DNA from: Mycoplasmatota bacterium
Lineage (GTDB): Bacteria; Bacillota_I; Bacilli_A; Mycoplasmatales; MT37
NCBI GenBank assembly: GCA_033560715.1
Contig: CP138194.1
Location: 283,494-347,493 of the forward strand
Length of the DNA: 64,000 nucleotides
Direction of reading: 5' to 3'
Made by a program: the position numbers and the translations under genes. The notes below the pieces were generated by a model, which was not told the DNA's origin, ran no database searches, and saw nothing but the letters and a program-made list of their open reading frames with translations. Below are positions 60,555-64,000 of this stretch, one piece after another; the stretch's first letter is position 1, and each line of letters starts with the position of its first letter.

Positions 60555-61742
60555 TTATAGATCCTCTCTTATTAATGGCATACTCATGCAACGTGGACCA
60601 CCACGGCCGCGTGATAATTCAGATGAAGGGATTTCGTGAACTTCAATTCCTTGGTCACGTAACAATTTATTTGTAACGTGATTACGAGAATAAGAAATAA
60701 CTTTTCCGGGGGAAATTGTTAAAACATTTGTTCCGTCATTTCATTGTTCACGACCAGCCGCAATTGGTGAATTTCCACCACATTGAATTAATGTTACTGG
60801 TTTACCAACCGCATCGGATAAAAATTCTTTTAAATTTTGTTTGATTTCAACTGTTCCGTTGTGATCAATTTTAAGAATTTTGAAAGCATTCATATCATTA
60901 AAAATAGTTGGATGAACAATAAATTTATCGTAATCAATATTTGTAAAGACAGTATCAAGGTGCATAAATGCCCGTTTTTCAGGTAATTTTAGTACATAAA
61001 CTGTTTCATATCCGCTTTGTGGATCATTAATAATAGTTTTTGATAAATGTTCAATCGCTGGTAATTTTGTGCGTTCAGAACAACCAATAATCAATGCTTT
61101 GTGATTCAAAACCAAAATATCTCCACCTTCTAAAGTGTGAGGATTATTACGTTTGTAAAAATAAGACATGTGCCCAGCAAAATCTGGATGATTACGAAAT
61201 ACTAAATCAGAAAATAATGTTTCACGATTTCGAGTAACTGATGCCATACGATTAATAGTAGCACCACGACCAATTGTTGCAAGTGGATCACGTTGGAATA
61301 AAGTATTTGGAAGTGGATCGATAACAAATGGATATTGATCGATTGGTTCAACTCCTAATTCAATTGTTTCTAATCCGGCAATCATTACATTTACCATTGC
61401 TTGATTAGATAATGAAAGTAAATAAGCCTTTAATTTCGGCTCGTGAGTTGAGTGGACTTTCGCTTCATAAATAAAATCATTTACAAATTTAGCTTTTAAA
61501 TGGGGTAATTTATCAAGCGTTTCAGCAACTAAATTTTCGATAAATACGGTTTCAACACCATTTTCTTGTAAAACTTTCACAAAATAATCGTGTTCTTGAC
61601 GAGCAACTTTTAAATATGGAATATCGTCAAACAATAAACGTTCTAATAAATCTGGTGTTAAATTCTCAATTTCTTTACCAGGCCTGTGTAATAGGACTTT
61701 TTTTAATTTTCCGATTTCGGAAAAAACATTAATACCTTTCAT
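60555..61742 (-). CDS. arcA: Arginine deiminase
   Basis: Fragment 60741..61742 continues through TGA to TAA at 60555-57 (395 aa). The C-terminal catalytic region reads [12 protein letters not shown]. Confidence 0.92.
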
Positions 61743-62000
61743 AAATTTATCTCCTTTTTTTTGAAAAATCGAATAATAAAAAATAATATTTAATAATGAA
61801 AAAAGACAATTTTTATTATTAAAAGCGTTTTATTTTATAAATATTTTTAAATATCAAATACAAAGAATCATTATTTATTAAAATAAATGATTTTACATAA
61901 CTATGTATTGACTATCAAACATACAATATAAATAATATCATTTTTTTTTAATTTTTTACAAAAAATGTTCAATATCGATAAATAAATAAAATATTTAACA

Positions 62001-62903
62001 TTAACAAGATTGAATGTATTTTCAAATTTTTTGTTGTTTTTGATACATTTTTTGAAAAATATCTTGAAATTTTTTAATTTCTTCCTTGGTAAAAATTGGT
62101 GCAATTGGTAAAACACCTAAATAATTAATTTGACTTGGATGTCCAATAACACAATTATTCATCAAAACACCTAAATTCAATTGTAATGGTCGTGGTTGGT
62201 TTAATTGTAAAATAATTTTATAAATAATACTACTAATTCCATAATAAGTTGCATTTTTGCCATCAATAATTTTTTGCGGAATTGTAATGATTTTATTTTT
62301 ATATTCATCATAATTAATGGTTTGATTTGCAAATAAATCATTTGAAATCGTCGAAATCAAAACATTAACACCGTGTTCACCGTAAACAACTAAATTGTGT
62401 TTTTTAGATGGAAATTTTTGCGCTAATAATTTTTTAAAACGCACGGTATCAATACTAGTTCCCGTTCCAATAATTTTATGACTTGGTAGTTTGGATAAAC
62501 GATGTACTAAATAAGTCATTTGATCAACCGGATTAGTAACAACAATTAAAAAACCTTGAAATTTAGTTTGATTGATTTTATCAATGATTTGTCGAACGAT
62601 TTGTGCGTTTTTTTGTGCTAAATCATCGCGACTTTGTCCAGGATTTTGTTTATAACCGGCAGTGATAATAATAGCATCAGCATTATTACAATCGTTTCAA
62701 TTTGCAACATCAACTTTTCCAATATAATTTTGAAATGTAGCTTGATCTTGTAAATCTAAAACTTGGGCAATTAAACGTTTTTGGTTTGGATCAAAAAGTA
62801 AAATTGATGTTGAATAATTATTATTAATTAAAATTGATGCCAATGTAGCACCAACATTACCAGCACCAAAAATGATAATTTTATTAAAAAATTTTTTAAA
62901 CAT
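62001..62903 (-). CDS. ldh: L-lactate dehydrogenase
   Basis: Fragments 62697..62903 and 62022..62519 are in frame (300 aa). Contains IIIFGAGNVGAT (NAD binding), ITAGYKQNPGQSR, TNPVD, IGTGTSIDTVRF and GEHG. Confidence 0.85.
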
Positions 62904-63612
62904 TTTTACCTATTAAGCTTCATTTTAATATTTGATCTCAATTTAAACTTGCTTTACCAACAATAAATCCGTCAATATGTGGTAATTTTGCATAATTAAA
63001 TGGATTAACTCCACCACCATATAGAACCGCAATTTGATGATTAAAAATAACTTTTGCAAATCTTTTGATAAAAAGAATTGTTCGCATAATTAATTGTGAA
63101 TTTTTAAACAATAATGTGTTTTGGTCGTGCAAAAATAATGGTTCAAAAATTAAAACAAGGTTTTTTGGATTTAAAATACGTGATTTTAAAGCAATTATTT
63201 CCCGCATTAAAATTTTACTATTAATATTAAAACTTGCATTAAAATTAACAAATTTTCCTAAACAAAAAAAGATTTTTTTATGAAAACGATTAGCTAAATC
63301 AATCAATTGATTGATTTCAAATGATGAATTATTAATCTCAAAATGATTTAGTAAAACGCCTTTTAAATGGTTATTTTCAAATCCGATTTTAACCGCTTGT
63401 AAATAGACTGAAAATGATAGTTTATTAAAATTTTGCGCGATAATTTTAAATTGATGATGTGGCTTAAAAAAACTTCATAATTCGTGATTACAAAGTAAGA
63501 AAAAATTTCAAAATGTTTGATTTTGGAACGGATCGAATTTAGTAATTGAATTTGCTAAATTTAAATCAGTTTTATGCTTTCAATTAAATAATAAAAATTT
63601 ATTGTTACTCAT
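62896..63612 (-). CDS. tpiA: Triosephosphate isomerase (divergent)
   Basis: From ATG at 63610-12: MSNNKFLLFNWKHK..., in frame with fragment 62938..63306 (238 aa). NWK, NHFE, FEP, LYGGGV and DGFIVGKASL are all present, but the loop-6 WAIGTG motif is replaced. Confidence 0.7.
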
Positions 63613-63676
63613 AACTGAATAATTTAATTTTATCTTAAAAAAATCATAAAGAAAAACATTCCATTAAAATTGACCA

Positions 63677-64000
63677 TTAATTAATTTTTGAATTAACGAA
63701 AAAAACTAAAAATCGATAAATTTGACTTACATAACCAAATTCATTATCGTATCAAATTCCAATTTGAAGTAAATTACCATTTTTAACTGTTAATTTAGGA
63801 TCAAAAATGGCGGCTGCTGAATTTCCAACAATGTCAATTGCTGATAAATTACTGTTATTAACCTGAAAAGAAGCGGTTTGAAGTTGTGATAATTGATGAT
63901 GAAAAGTTGTAAGCTCAATTGGAGTTTGTAAAATTAAATTAAGTTGTAAAAGTGATCCAATCGAAACAGGAACTCTTAATGCATTAATCGCGATTTTTAA
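63677..64000 (-). CDS. gap: Glyceraldehyde-3-phosphate dehydrogenase (C-terminal part; 5' end beyond the window)
   Basis: The - strand translation ends ...SAAAIFDPKLTV..LLQIGIWYDNEFGYVSQIYRFL (WYDNE.GY motif), with TAA at 63677-79. Confidence 0.85.

Noticed and set aside
61901-62116. 71-aa ORF 61901..62116 (-) in the arcA-ldh spacer.
   Set aside because: It overlaps the ldh 3' end in another frame and is extremely K/F/I/N-rich, which is AT-rich noise. The region is better explained as the ldh terminator and arcA promoter, including an imperfect palindrome AATCATTATTTATT..AATAAATGATT at about 61866-61892.

Overview
Strongly AT-rich, Mollicutes-type chromosome segment. Most long genes are fragmented in the standard-code ORF track. 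They become single clean frames when TGA is read as Trp (genetic code 4), for example the Cas9 RuvC-I motif SSVG-W-AV, the S14 C-terminus KKAS-W, and rpoB/rpoC. All calls below use code 4. Ends that I derived by eye may be off by a base or a codon.

Nearly all genes are on the - strand, in this order:
- rpsI-rplM, then ecfT-ecfA2-ecfA1.
- The alpha/spc/S10 ribosomal protein clusters (rplQ to rpsJ, 3.4-21.8 kb). These are interrupted between rpsQ and rpmC by lysS plus a 775-aa ABC-ATPase fusion gene.
- A 32-aa cysteine-rich micro-ORF with its own SD and terminator (22.0-22.1 kb).
- uvrC (+), rpiB, rpoC-rpoB, pyrG.
- A type II-A CRISPR-Cas locus (33.7-54.9 kb).
- argS, then an arginine deiminase cluster (arcA, arcB, a YfcC/DcuC-type transporter, arcC).
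- ldh, a divergent tpiA, and gap (partial).

The CRISPR locus is the outstanding feature:
- On the + strand lie cas1, cas2 and a 392-aa csn2-slot gene with intact Walker A/B motifs, followed by a leader.
- The array is 13.25 kb, with about 201 identical 36-nt repeats (GTCTTATTCAGTTACCAAATTTAATAGAATAAATAC) and about 200 spacers. It ends in a terminal repeat with a 1-nt deletion.
- cas9 is not upstream of cas1. It sits alone on the - strand beyond the trailer, convergent with the array.
- An I-TevI-like GIY-YIG homing-endonuclease gene separates cas9 from the array and overlaps a decayed repeat.
- A candidate tracrRNA lies on the - strand between pyrG and cas1. Its anti-repeat is split by an internal hairpin.
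- The spacer set contains exact duplicates, allelic families, two flipped (opposite-orientation) pairs and a few strikingly GC-rich spacers.
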